Assembly: GCA_036172245.1 (NCBI GenBank)
Contig: JAYWIR010000047.1
Location: forward strand, 930,001-994,000
From: Raillietiella orientalis
Lineage: Eukaryota
DNA: 64,000 nt
Direction of reading: 5' to 3'
Below are positions 39,735 through 53,199 of this stretch, in pieces. The notes below the pieces were generated by a model. It was not told the DNA's origin, searched no databases, and was given only the letters and a program-made list of their open reading frames with translations. The position numbers were made by a program, and so were the translations under genes. Position 1 is the first letter of the stretch, and every line of letters begins with the position of its first letter.

Positions 39735-41485
39735 CTACTCAGAGCAGGAAGGTACAATGTGCCATATCATTCCAAAGGATTTTAATGTGTAGGGTTTAGC
39801 AGCTGCTGATTGTTTTGTGATCTTCATTTTTTTTGTTTGCTTACTGGATTCTTGCATATTGTGGTCTCGGGAAAATTTTCTGAAATTTCGTGAATTCATA
39901 ACATTCATAGCATTAAATTCGTAGATACCTCGATACTTTGGATTTGCACACAGAACATGCTGCTGGTTGTTTTTCATGTAAACTAATTATTTTCGGGAAC
40001 AATATACAAAATGAACATGAAGAACTCTGAGTTTCCCTAATATCTGCAATAAAACTAAAACACATAGTCTAATATATCAGAAGAATGCAAGATACTTTTT
40101 CTGGTAAACTGTATGATACATCACGGATTCTTGAATGTTCCAAATCAACTGTTTTTTCAAACAGAAGGCTGATGGAGAAATCTTTGTACACACCTTAAAA
40201 ATCTCCATTAACCAAGCAATGCAATGGCACCTAGAAATGTGTAAAAACAAAAACATTTTATTGAACTGAATCTTAATAATTCAATCTTAATAATATTCAA
40301 AGATTTGCAAATTTGTTCAAATAAAAACTGTGTATGCTAACATGAATGCTACACATGCATGTTTACTTAAATTACAATATCTTGTAACATACATCCATAC
40401 ATATAAATAAAATAATGAAACTTCACACTCATGTTTTGTAGATCTTTTGTACTTCTAATCAACATATTTAAAGAAAAAAAAAACATATTTCAATTCTTTG
40501 GAGAATGAACCTTATTAGTAATACTGCTTAGATTTAATCAACACTATGAAGTTTGCTTTGGATGGGGTCACAAAATTGATTTCAAATTGATATCCATAAC
40601 TTATTTTGTAAACCATTATAGACTGTTAAAGGGAAATGAATGTGCCATTTACAGGAAATCAAACAACAATCACAAAAATGTGGTACAAACTTTTTGACAC
40701 CAGAGATGTTTAAAACCTGCACGTTTAATTTTTAGTGTTTTAATATTTATAACATAACGTGTAAATCTTGTGAGCATTCTTTTTGTATAATTGAAATTGG
40801 AATCAATAAATTTAAATTCATAGATTTAACTTATTTCTTTTCTCTACAAATTGAAATATTATGTCACGATCTAGCAAAAACCCCGCAAAATCTTGCTCTA
40901 ATTAATGGAATGACTAAAAGTTTGCTAATACAATTCAATTCAGGAATATGTTGATGCAGGTTTATGGTTTAGTATTAGACAAAGGAGCAAATAATTAACC
41001 CATAAATTCATACTTTAAAAAAGCGAAAATATATTCACAGAGAAAACTTATTATTACCATAAACTGGAGACAATGGTAAAAAATAGGAGAACTGTATTCC
41101 AGAAGTGACCAAGATGGAGCCTCTGCTGCCATAAAAATCCCGAGTCTTCTCCGATGTGAATGCATGTTAGAAATTTTTCAAATATAGTTATTAGAGCCTG
41201 TCCTGGACAATTAACATTAGCCAGATCGCCGAATGTTTCTAACAGTTTTAATATTTTACTAACACAAGTTTGGAACTACAACAAAGAAACTCAAGTAGAT
41301 ATAACGATGATTGCACGTACGTGAAAACTTACTTGTCTGGTTCTATGAAAGGCCTTGTCAGCTTTAAACCTGTTTTTGAATTTATACAAAAATCTCTTCA
41401 GCAGTTTTGAGTCTTTCGATAAATTGTTTAAAAGTACAACGTGAGTGCAAGGCTCTTCCGGCTGATGATACATCTCCAAATTCAT
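39735..41485 (-). CDS. NEPRO/DUF4477-like protein (nucleolus and neural progenitor protein family); 3' end uncertain
   Basis: Exon 1 ...SKLLKRFLYKFKNRFKADKAFHRTRQ|GTAAGT; exon 2 FQTCVSKIL...QRLHLGHFWNTVLLFFTIVSSLW; a phase-compatible exon near 40210 (CHCIAWLMEIF). Confidence 0.65.
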
Positions 41486-44379
41486 GACAAACTCGTTTCA
41501 TTTATATTCACACATTCACGATATAACGTATGTTATAAAAAAATTAATGACAAATAGTGTTACTTAATATACTACACTGACTTCAAACAAGTCCCTCATC
41601 ACCAGCTGCTGTTGACACAGCACGCAGCGCTCTCGTTTCCACGGGATCCGTCACCGTTCTCGAGATTCTCGCAAGAAACGGCGCACATTCTTACCAGCGT
41701 TCAACAAATGCAAAAAGCAAAGTAAAAAGGTTTCTTTTTCTTTTTCATTTTCGGTATTTCCATAATCGAAATGTGAAGATTTCAGTGAAAAAACTGATAC
41801 GCGCATCTGTGGATGCACCAAAAGCAAGCAATGGAAAAATAATCTGATGGAAAATTATTCAATTCTCTGTAAAGCAAAATCGTATTCCTGACTATAAAAA
41901 ACCCATGCGTTATTTCCTTGCGTAGACAGCTTCAGTGGATATGTAATTTAAAAACATCAGGTTTCTCCGTTGACGTTATTAGAAAATTTTGCATGGCCAT
42001 CAAATTTTGCATTCACAAAAGCGTCAATACTTATATTTTCAAGGTTTGTTGTTGTTTCCATGACGGAATCGAGAATACGTGTGTTTGAGATGAAAAAACC
42101 CTATCGCTTCCAAAAGCACAAAAATTTACTATCTACTGCTAAGGAGACAGAAGTTCAAGAGCTATTCAGAAAGAACGATAAATTTTAAACATGAAACACA
42201 TATTTCCGATTTAGCAAAATCCACTTTTGCAGAAAGCTTGCACCTAATAATGCAAAAAAAAAAACACGAATGGTTGAATAACAAAGCGTGGAGAAGCAAC
42301 TTCGAAAAAAATTTACTATTTACCAGATAATAAATGTTGATGGAAGAACCAATTTAGTCGCGAATAGCAAATACCAAATGTGATGGCTTTATCAAAATGT
42401 TGTATCTTTTAGTTAGTTCTCGTCTTAAATGGGTCTTCAAGGAATGAAGAAATTGTTAGAACACAGGCTTCATGAATATTTTGAGGAAGTCGGAAAATTT
42501 TTTATAACATCTAAATAAACTTTAGTATCTAATAATTTCAATATGTATAGTATCACTAAGATACTAATATATAAAATAATAAATGTAACCACGAAAACAT
42601 GCAGAACATTAGTGCTGTGAGAGTTTGAAAGTCTTTTGCAATGCAATTTAGGTTCCGTTACTTTTCGGTCTATGCTGCTAATTTGCGTTCGATTTCCTTC
42701 GGTTAGGATTGCTGTTGATTTTCTTCTTCCTGATTGCAAAGACATTCTTTAAATAAGCAGAACTGGAAAAGCCTTTAGAACATCAAAGAAAACTGGTGTT
42801 TGAAGTATTGCCTTAATGTGACAGAAAAAAAGGATGAGGTAATAAAGATAAAAAATTCCCATTCAATGTAAACAAATTGCTCACTGATGTAAGATTTATC
42901 AATAATATCTAGAACAACATTTAATATGTAACAGCATATATGTAACATGAGCTTTAATTCCCTAGTAGGTGTGTATGATACTTAATATAAATGTTTATAG
43001 TTTTCAAAACATTGACAATTAAATTAAAAAAATATTTTCTAACTTTAAATTTATAGAACTGAAAATAAAAGCACGTAACGGTTGAAAGGTAAGGATGCTA
43101 AAGAAGCACCGGATTTAATTATTGAGCATCTATCCAAATGGAAAAGTTGAACCCTGATGATTTTTTAACTCGGAAAGAACAAAAAGGACAACGAAATGAA
43201 AAATTGAAACACAGGACGATTGGCCAATGGAAAAGAAAAAGTAGAGAGCGTAAAAAAAATTTGCACTGTGAGTTAGAGCAAGTTTTATGCAATGAAGAGA
43301 TTTCCCTTGTGCTCTTATGCACAGCATGCTACTCGATTTAAACGTGTTACCGATGAAAAAGAATTGCAGCATTTTTGCTTTTGCGTAAAGACATGGAAAG
43401 GTTCTTAGTATTATATTTTTCTCTTAGCCAGTTTTAAATAATTTCAATGTTCTCAAAATGCCCTTCTCTTCGATGCACATTGCAAAATTAATGACAAGGA
43501 ACTAATTACGTTCTATGAAAATATGCAAATACCACATAAAACAGGGCTTAATACAGCTTTGCAAAAGCTTTTCGTTTATCGAAATTCCACCAAATGCAGT
43601 GGATGCAGCGTTCCGGAATGATTAGTCTTCAGTTATATCTTCAGTTCAATGGACCACACATCAAGCCTTCATCTGGCTTTGCTTTCTTTGATGTGCTTAA
43701 TGAATCAAGATTAGAAGTTTAATTATACATCATTTATTTCACAATATGCTAGCGAATATGTGCCCTATATGAAAATGAAGTCTTTCTAGAATGTTAGAAA
43801 AAGTTTAGTTTGGTGGGGATGTAGGAAATTGAATATTCGTAAGAACTGAATCATGAGCAATAATTATCCATTCAAGAATAGATCATGAAAACTGCATACA
43901 TAAAACGAATACAGTTGGAGTATTTCTGGATTTGAAAACAAAATTATCCGGGAGTGGTAAAGTGGAATGCCGAAACAGAAAATTGGCCATTGGAGAAGGA
44001 ATAGAGTAATTGATTACTGAATATATATAAATATTGTTATTCATATTAGAATCAGGATTTTCGTGATACCTAACTATGGAATCAATATGCTGATCAGATG
44101 ACAGTTACTACCAGGTATCCTAGCAGAGAAGAACGTATGAGGCAGCAAAGGAACTTTCGAGAGTTCTTGAAACTGCATCTAAAGAATTTATTCAAAGATC
44201 GTTGAAGGATTTCATCTTCCCATTTTCCTTGGATTCAAAAATATGTATTAGACAATCAGCCAACTCAAACACTATATTACACTATTAACTTCAGGATTTT
44301 GTGTAAATACTTTGGTGCACGCAGTTTTATAATTTGGAATTACTTGGAAGGGTGCCAAGAATTCTTTCAATAATTGTTA

Positions 44380-44545
44380 TTTATAAATAAACCCATGTTG
44401 GACGCGGAATGTATCTAAATGACTAGTAATCTGAGGTCTGATATCACTGTCTCAAGAGCAGGATCAGTTCTGCTGTTTCGAATCTCCATCTCACATAAAG
44501 GTCCTGCCCTCATTGATTCAGGATCAAAACCCTGCATATCTCAAA
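44380..44545 (-). pseudogene. Phenuivirus-like nucleocapsid N-terminal fragment
   Basis: MQGFDPESMRA...TVISDLRLLVI matches the hallmark F.YQGFDP...D...MIVL of Tenui/Phlebo N. Confidence 0.55.
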
Positions 44546-44559
44546 AAACAAGGCCAAAC

Positions 44560-45450
44560 TTTTGAGAAAAATTTCATAGTTGAATCTTGAGGTGTTGCAG
44601 GACTACAAAACTCAACAGCATAGTATGAGATGATTGTTGCTAAGTCAGGAGGCTTTTCATCACTTCTGTGAATCACATCATGTTATGACATGAGATATAT
44701 GAGTTAAGAAGGATCGGAAGTGTACTGAAGGGAAGTTTTTACCAAAGCTGAAGGCCACAATTCAGCAATATTGGGTACTGCTGCAGCTGGAATTTTGCCA
44801 TTCTTAGTCTCTATAAAGAGATCTGACAATTTAAAAATTTTATTGCCTAATCCCTTTGAGACCACCATATTTGCATAATTTAGCAGGGAATGCTGCAACG
44901 ACTCAAGCAATTGTGATGTCTTTCCCAAGGGGAGTTTCAGGAGGATTTGGTTCAAATTTCACCTTGTACTTTGCCCATTGTTCTACCTAGCCCAATGTTT
45001 TAAAGTGAAAAACTAATCCACATTTCAATGAGGTACAAATATCATCACAAGAAAAATATTCTGTGATTACACCTTACCAACTTCCTGGTCAATGATAGCC
45101 AAAATGACCAAATAAATGCTGATTATTTCTTTATTTTCATTATTGAAAAAATACAAAAAGATCACACTGAAATGCTCTTTTTCAGTGGAACATCCAATTT
45201 TGATATATTCAGTTTTGTCACCTCGGTTATCTTGCGACAATCAACAAGTAACCTAAGAAATAGTGAACACTACAAATATATATGTGTAATAAGAATAAGA
45301 GTAATCTTAAAGTGCATCACTAATATATTGTATCTTAACTTTAAGAAGCTGAATTTCAATTCACATGCAAGGTCCAAAGTATCATATACTTCCAAAGGCT
45401 ACAATTCTCTTTGGATATCAACCTTTGCTACTACTGTTTAAAACCTAATT
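44560..45450 (-). pseudogene. Phenuivirus-like nucleocapsid gene relic
   Basis: AKYKVK...KDITIA*VVAAFPAKLC, SKGLGNKIFKLSDL, VPNIAELWPS and IISYYAVEFCSPATP versus NKYKLK...DELTLSRVAAALAGWTC, HPSFAGMVDPS and SLYLLQFSRVINP. Confidence 0.55.
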
Positions 45451-45565
45451 AAATGAAGATTAAGTGGTACAGTAGTTAAAATTTCAGAGGGCATGAATAT
45501 TCATATAAACACAGAAAATATACAGAATGAAAAAATCTCTCTTCAAAAATAAGTTTATTGCAAAA

Positions 45566-46507
45566 CTATTTCTTTATATAGTTTTTGATGGAATGTTCGG
45601 CATCTCTCAGTTTGGAAATTAACATATCCAACATTTCTGAATCCAGATCAAAATCCACATTTTTTATCCCCTTAAATACTAATTAAATATTTAAAATTTT
45701 TATAAAATTCTCTAACCACTTTTCCATTAACAGCTTCCTTAATACGTAAATGAAGTGAAACCAACGGTTCACTTAATTTATCAGATACAGCACCAGATCT
45801 CAAACACAACTTCCAATTAAAGTCCTCCAAAATAGGATTCCATTGAATAGTTTCCAAAATCTGTTTCTTAATTTTTTCACGATTTTCTTTCCAAAACTTG
45901 AACAGGATCTTCAAAAAGATATTCAAATGAAGCAAAGGGCTGTGCAGTTACTGTTACAAACCTTTGCTTGCAAATCAGTTATGCCTCCGGACTTCTTTTT
46001 CACTTGTGCAGTTAAAAATGCTTCCAGTTGTTTCAAATCCATATCATTATAGGCCATACGCTGTAAGCATATTGATTTACATGCCTTTTGAACTTTTTTT
46101 CCATAAATGTACTAGACATTAATGTAAAATACAGGAACTACAAAAATTGCAAAAAATCGGTTCATAACTTTTTACAACATATATTTTTATATCTGTACAG
46201 AATTTTGTGCCAAAATTAAATTCATCAATTTCTATTAATGCACGTTATATTTGTACTAGAACCTTCGGTACCTCCTGAATCAATTAATTCAAAATGATAC
46301 AATTACATACATTGGAGAGTAAAGATTTGAAGGATTTTTTCACAGTTTTGAAAATCTGACTACTCTTACTTTTAAAGTACTTGCTAGATCACCATAAACT
46401 TTCAAATCTTCTTTCACATCAGTTGAAATGTTTTCTGCTTTCATGGGATCAAACATTAAGTCACTTAGCTTACAAACCACATCCTCAATATTCTTTTCGT
46501 CATCCAT
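45566..46507 (-). CDS. COMMD1: COMM domain-containing protein 1 (4 exons)
   Basis: RMAYNDMDLKQLEAFLTAQVKKKSGGITDLQAKILFKFWKENREKIK...WNPILEDFNWK matches COMMD1 DMDFNQLEAFLTAQTKKQGGIT..Q....KFWK; stop TAG at 45566. Confidence 0.92.
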
Positions 46508-47599
46508 TTATCATGTAAATGTGAAAACGATATTTTGCGGACAAAACGTAAACACTATACGAACGTCAATTTTACACGGTATACGAAAGCATACTTGCAT
46601 TGCAGATTTACCACCGTACCATAAAGTCCGCCGAGGGCGGAGGCGACGGGGATGCCACCCGTGCCTTCTTGCACAAGAAGATTCATCATAATGCTTCTTA
46701 ACTTTGAAAATAACACATCTGTGAAGGAAAAGTCCCCATAAGAAAATTATGCTACTTGAAAAAGATGCACATCACAATACATATATAGCCGTGCATATGC
46801 AATACGAACATCTGTACATACGTACATGCAATACGTACATTTGTTTCATATGTGTGTAACGTAACCTACTGATTTTATAATTTACGAACGCTATCTCCTA
46901 ATGAATCCTAAATTTAGAAATTACCGGTGCTATAATTAAAGGCAACTTCCCAGTAAACAGTTTACATCGGAAAAGCAGCCGCTTCCTCCTAAATGCTTCC
47001 ATCCAGATATTTACTTCAATTTTCAATTCATTCTTTAATCTGAAGCATTGATTCTATAATATTGATTATGTATATTGATATTGATTATATATATAAGTAT
47101 ATTGATTCTATAATAAGTTTCTCAGAAGTCTCTTGTAAATATGCATCTCTCCATTGTAGTTGCTTACTGATAAAATTCAAAGCATGTATTCTAATGAACA
47201 ACCCAAAAAGCAAAAAGCTCAAAAAGATAAACATTAGGCATTATGTTACAGGTTTCTTCTACTAAAGGTTCTTCTACTTCAATATTTAAATATAAGAATG
47301 TGTTAATAATTACCACAAGTATAACAATTTTCCAGAATAACTTTGACTTATCCACTGATGGACTGCATTTACCTCCAATAAGAATACAGTGAAGTCATTT
47401 AGACAAATAAATAAATGAACAGTTTTTGATTTCCTATGTTGAAATGAAAAAAATATCTTGTAAACACAATATGATATCATGTCTATGTTTATCAATACAC
47501 AAAACCATTGGATTAGCTGTGTTTAAAAGAGCCAAACACACACACAGACGGAAAAGCTTGACAGCTTCCCATCCCGTGTGAATGACTGAATAGTCCCAA

Positions 47600-48850
47600 G
47601 CATTCGTGGATCCTCACAATGTTGAGCATTTAAAAAGAGTGAATGCAGATATGTATGCATAGGATACAAAATACCCGTTTCACGACCAGCCCTATTGAGC
47701 ACTTGCTTTTCCGATGTGCTCAGTGCGTTCCAGCAGCAGTGAACATGCAAGAAGTTCACTGCTCACACCAAGTGGCTAAGTGTCTGGCTCGTGGTCGTAA
47801 CCACGTGTCTCCACTGACAAGTAGCCACGATCCATGATGATGACAGTCGTCAAAATCTCTGAGACTCATAATGATTCTTCAAATGTGCGAGTTTCAAATT
47901 CTCCAAATTGAGGTCTTTGAAATTTGGAACTAGATAGAGATGTTGAAGCTCTCGAATGCCACGAGGGTGCCTGTCTTCCATTTTCGTCCCGGTTTGCGTT
48001 CCTCATAAGCGGCCTCAGGCACCTGAATACCAATGTTTTTGAATACTCGTTTAGTTATAAACTGGTATAACAAGACAGTGGAGTCTAATGCTGAAACCAA
48101 ATGAAAATTTTACTACCCTGGCAAATACCTGGCAAACCAAAATTTGTAGGGAACCGCGTGGTGGCATGATGGTGAAACTGCAAAAGCTCGGTGTTAAATT
48201 TCGAAATGAACAATGGATGGTGATCTGGGTCTGTTCCACACGGCCACACGGACACTGGAGTGTGTATGATTATTCCAGCAAACACTTCAGAAGCCAGAAG
48301 AATGTATCATAGTCGTTTAAGACATGAGGCCTATTTGTGAATTTTCACGTAATCCTCGTTACGCTGCACAAACGTTGTAGACATCGCACCAAGAGTGTGA
48401 AAAAGGTTTGTTTCTATTCTCAAGAATAGAAAGTTGAGTAAAGAATGTTGTCTCGTAACCACCTCAAAAACTTCCACCTCCAAGCGGCACCGTGGAAGAC
48501 GATGGTCAGTCAGAGTGAGTGTGAGTGTGCGGGATGGATTTGTAAATCGCATTTCCTGTACCACCTGTGGGTGCAACGGATTGTATGGGGAACGGCATTT
48601 TTGGAACATTGCAAGTGAGCACTCCGGGTATCGATCGTCCCGAATGCATTCTGGCTGAGGAGTTCTTGGAAAACACGGTATGTAACACTTTTCGCATCCA
48701 ATCGTCCCGAAATACAGCCAGTGTCTCCTTAGTTGCTTCGTTTCCCCTCTTGAAGTGCGCTGACATGCCTTCCATCCCCATTCATTCTGATAAGAAAAAG
48801 AACACCACATCGGTTACCGAGTCACTTCATGCTCAAAAAAAGAAGAAATC
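47600..48850 (-). pseudogene. Possible nairovirus-like N relic
   Basis: NEWGWKAC, EGMSAHF, VVTRQH and LDSTVLLYQFITKRV (resembling IDTAFSSYYWLYKAGV) occur in the expected order; heavily frameshifted. Confidence 0.3.
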
Positions 48851-49099
48851 TTGCAGCATGCAAAAAAAGATGCACGCAATACACTTCGTCCTGCTAACGA
48901 TTGGATAAGAAGTTTCCGAGAACGTTTACTAAAGTGCGACTGCCCAACTACAGCTGACATATCCACTTTCCCTTATCCGACTGGCGGTGGACTCTTTTCC
49001 TTAAAAGGAAACATCCACAAACAAGCACCATAACTAGAAAACAAAAGGTAGGCTGCGGAGGCAGTTCAGCAATTGAGGTATCGTGTGGATCCTTCATAA

Positions 49100-49920
49100 A
49101 GCAAGGAAAACAAAACAAATAAAGCAAGATGTCACTTACCAGCCTCTTTTATCTTCGCGGACTTTGTTGCTCAGAGTTGTGACTCCGCAGCAAAATCCTA
49201 AAATCGCCGTGTACATTGACTCCGCGAGTCGATGAATACGGCGGACAGCTCCTCCTCTTAGCTAATTCTCATTTATCTTCTCTGGAAGCAACACATTACT
49301 TCGTGGTGTGATATATCCTGAGGTCTTGTAACGAGACGGTGGACGTGTTCTATATGTTGGCTTCCTGCGAATGCCATTCCTTCAACTCGCTTTCGAAGAA
49401 GGATGCCTCTCTTGAGTAAAGTATATCTTCTGGACTGCTTCAATCACCTTCTCTTATTGTTTCATCGTTCACGGGAGAAAGAGAATGTACTGACGATGAT
49501 ACCCCAGAGTTCCTTTTTTCGGAGTCCATTCACCTCACTGATACTGCTTTATATCTCCTTCTGGAGTCGAGTCCCAAACGTTCACTGGTTCTCGGGAATT
49601 TTGCTTCTATTGCGTTCTCCATCAGAGTTCCTTGTTGTGTATTGTTCCCTGTGGCTTCAGTTTTCGGGATTGTCTGCTACTTGCTTCCGTTCCTTCTATG
49701 GCCGCATGAAATTCTGGATTTGTTTTGTTGTGAATCTACGGCCTGACATATCCCGTGTCCTTGCAGCCAATTCCTGTGTTTCTGGCGTTACGTTCTTAGA
49801 GTGTCCTGACTCTATGCACAATCGTCACCTCTCATCAAGTCCTGAATGCCTTTCGGGAGTAGCCGGACAACTATTATTTGAAACAGAAGTCGTACACTGG
49901 CATGCCAGTGACCTCGCGTC
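49100..49920 (-). mobile_element. Degenerate non-LTR ORF1 (zinc-knuckle) relic
   Basis: Three knuckle-like remnants: FCFK..LSGY, LCIESGHS and GCKDTGY. Confidence 0.3.
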
Positions 49921-50499
49921 GTAACGGTCACCTGACAATATGAACGCCGGTTCCTCGCTGCCCACAGCACTGGAATGTGCCACATGCTCGTTCACGGTCC
50001 GGCCGCGGGGGTCAGCATTCGGAACTGCACCCGCGGTTCGAGCTTCTCCAGCGCCAAGATGCCATCCTGACGCGGGTCATCACCAAGCCTTCGAGAAGGA
50101 TCCCCAACTTGTCACGTCTCCGCCGCCAGACTTTTCTCGTCGATGGAAGCAGGCGGACTAGCGAAGGGGAAAACGCGGAGTAAGGCCGGAGAAAGGACAA
50201 AGGCCGAAGGAAGGGGAGAACAGAGGATGGTCTGTTTGGGCAGGAATCACTGGAACGAACGGGAACGACTCGTTCCGCTGGCACCACTAAGCGAACTCAG
50301 TCGGACGACGACGACGACGATGCTTCCGCACCGCAAAAGTCTCTATGCGGGTACTCCAAGCGACTTGAGTCACCCTCCCGTGGGGATGCGTGGACGGATC
50401 CGGTCCGACTTTCCTCCCCGCGGCTCTCTAACAGGGGCAGCCAGGACACCGACTTGACCTTTCGACGAACACCCGCGCCCCCCCCCCCCACGGATCACA

Positions 50500-52750
50500 G
50501 CTGGAAGGGCGCTTGGAGCAACGCCGCCGGGGTCGACACGGGCAGCAGCAGAAGTAAGTCAACCGCGTGGGTTGCCACGGCTGGCATGCAAGACATGCAA
50601 GCACAGGAGCTCGATACAGGCTGACCGGCGTTCAGCTTGTGCGCTTTCTGACCTGTTGGTCTGGTGTTTTTCTGTGCTCTTATAGGGATCCTGTTCTGCA
50701 TCCAGACCAGATCTTCGCAAACAAAAGGTTGTTTCCCATTTCCTAGGAACAGCATAGGACTTCTTCGAATCGATAACAGCATTGTCCATCAGACTCATAG
50801 CCCACAGCTTCGAAAGCAGTTTCACATTCGAGTTCACCAAGGTGATCGGATGCCAGCTGCTCACGCAATCTCCTCCTTTAGAGAACAGGCGGACTCGGGC
50901 TGACCGGAAGGAGGCGGGCACCTCGCTTCTCTTCTGGAACAGCATCAGGGAGGACCATTCCGCGGAGAGAAGTTGGAAAATTCCTGCCAGCTTCCCGTTC
51001 GCTCCCCTTGATGCTCTGGGCTGTTTGGGCTTTCCGATGGCGGCCGCAATGTCCTCCATCGGGTAAGTCCCTTCCTTGCGTGCACGCTCTTCCTCGCTTC
51101 ATGCTGAAGCGCCTTCTGGGAGCAGCTGCTCTCGGAGGGATACTCCCCTGAGAAGTCGCGCTTGACGAGCGCCTTTGCGAACAGCGAAGAGGAACGGTCC
51201 GGCAGGCACTATTCTCTTCAGCTCCGCTGGAGCCGAACGCTCCAGACCTTGTTCACCCTGTAGATACCGCTTCCTTGGATTTCCAGACCTGCCGTTCGGC
51301 CAGCCTGAGCACGTCCGGGCGTCTGGAGTGGGTCCGTGAAAGAGCGCAGTTGTTTCCGATGTTCCTGATGCCTTCTTGGGACAGAAGGTGCGGTGGACAC
51401 CGCACGCAAAACCGTCGGACCGAATCCTCGACTTGGTTCCGGTCCTCCGTCTTGCCGATAGCACGGAGTGGCTCCAGAGCTTCCGGGTGGCTGTTCCAAT
51501 CCTCCGTTGATCTCCACACATTCATAAGGACCCCTTCCCGGGAGGATGCAGTTTGAGATCGATCTTGGAATGATCTGGCAGGGTTGATTTCATTTTGGCT
51601 TTCGGCCCTGTGGCTGTCGAGGTAGACGTGGTCGACCAAGTCGTCGAATTACAGGCTCGTCAGTAAGCACACTGGTCGTGTGCACTGATGCGAGCAACTC
51701 GTCCACTTGACCTCGATGGCTTCTCCATCTCACGATGTCCCTTGATTGCAGACGAGTATGGAAATCCCCTGCTATCGGATGCGCAACGTTGGAACCCCGC
51801 TTTGCGTAGCCTGTGGCTCCCGAGTGCACCGAGGAACCGAGCCCGTTCAATGTGCACTCTCTGTGGCGCGTGGGTGTTCTCCAACGGTGGAATCGACCGC
51901 ACGGGGCCACTCGAGCCCAACTAGTCCACTCGGCGGACGCCGTCGAAACGGGTGCTGAGCGTGGCATTCGCGAGGTGCGCGCGTGCGCGAGAAACTGCAA
52001 CGCCAGAGCAGCTCATCCTGGGCGGGAGCGCCTCGGCGTCCATTGCTTCCTCCGCGGGAATCTCGTGGACTCGCTGGGGGGAAAGCGAGGGCGAAGTGGC
52101 TCGCAGGGTTTCGGCAGCGGCTCGCCTTCCTGCTCCGTCGGGAATTCCGTCGACGTTCCAAACGGCAGACCATGCAAAGAGGCGATTCGCCACAACTACA
52201 CCGGGAAGTCCAGACCGTGGTTTGCGCTTCGCACTGAAGCGTCTCCCTAGTAGAGAGAAAAGATCGTTAGATGATCGGGATTTTAGGACTCTTTCTACGG
52301 AGGTGTTACACGACCCCAATCCAAACTGGATCGTTTTAACCCTTGGACCAAATTTATCTGGCGTGGCACCTTTTGGTAAGGAGCTGCTCTCTCTTTTTCC
52401 GCACTTCCGACAAGAACCATGCTCGCGGACATCGCCTCCCTATCGGACGGGGGCACTTGGTCCCTCTCTCTCAGGGAAACGTACCTCCTCCGGGATTTGG
52501 TCTTACGGATCCTCGCGCTGTGGGTTCCATCGAAAGGATTTTTCTGCTCCAGCTCGGAGTCGCAAGCTTCCCGGGGAGATTCCTCTGCAAATCTTCGCAA
52601 GGTCTTGCCCTCTGTACCCCTTCCACGATCTCCGCTGTAGCCAACTCCTAGCTGACCTTGGAGGAGGCAGAAGAATCGCCGTTGCATCCCGTGGTGTAAC
52701 GGTCGCGCCTCGTTGGTCACATCTGTTCACACAGCGAATGACTGCAGGAG
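50500..52750 (-). mobile_element. L1/Tx1-like LINE relic: ORF1 end, APE endonuclease and start of RT
   Basis: IAGDFHT (GDFN motif) and DHVYL; RT motifs PASFRSARVRLFSKGGD...WHPITLVNSNVKLLSKLWA in ORF 50559..51059. Confidence 0.85.
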
Positions 52751-53199
52751 GTGCAGCAACTCACGCTACGGTGCCCAATAGCATTCGCGGGACCCAGGCA
52801 GCAGAAACATCGAGGGACATCGGAGGCGACCGATTCGTGCCACAATGCTCAGGATTCAGCAATCCATTGAGCAGTGGAGCAGCTGAGGTAACATCAAAGC
52901 AAATGGTCCAAGAGCACACAGGTAAAGTGATGGGACCATGTAGAAGACGGTTCTGTCACTGTCGAATGATCGAAATGGACACGAAACGAGGTTCCCTAAT
53001 CCGAGGTGATGATCAGGCGCCTGGGTTCTATCATAACTAGTTCGTTTCTTGTCAGAGCGTGCTTACCCATTAATGCAGCAATATCTGAGGTAACGAAACA
53101 TGTAAATCTCACTATACATCGTACAACATGTAAACAAATTTATCTGAATCGGAGGAAGAATATCAGTATCTTCTGCACTATTGCCATGTAGAGTGGCTT

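Noticed and set aside
44824..44866. 43-nt GT-AG intron inside the phenuivirus-like relic (a domesticated, spliced viral gene)
   Set aside because: It is phase-compatible, but the segment itself reads as plausible N sequence (SKGLGNKIFKLSDL), motif spacing fits better unspliced, and in-frame stops remain. A frameshift is the simpler explanation; RNA-seq would settle it.
46770..47120. Short imperfect tandem repeats (ATGCAATACG, ATTGATT)
   Set aside because: Ordinary AT-rich low-complexity sequence with no spacer structure.
51952..53040. Longest ORF in the track (362 aa, plus strand) as a gene
   Set aside because: No recognisable domain; it is the antisense shadow of a GC-rich minus-strand LINE relic.
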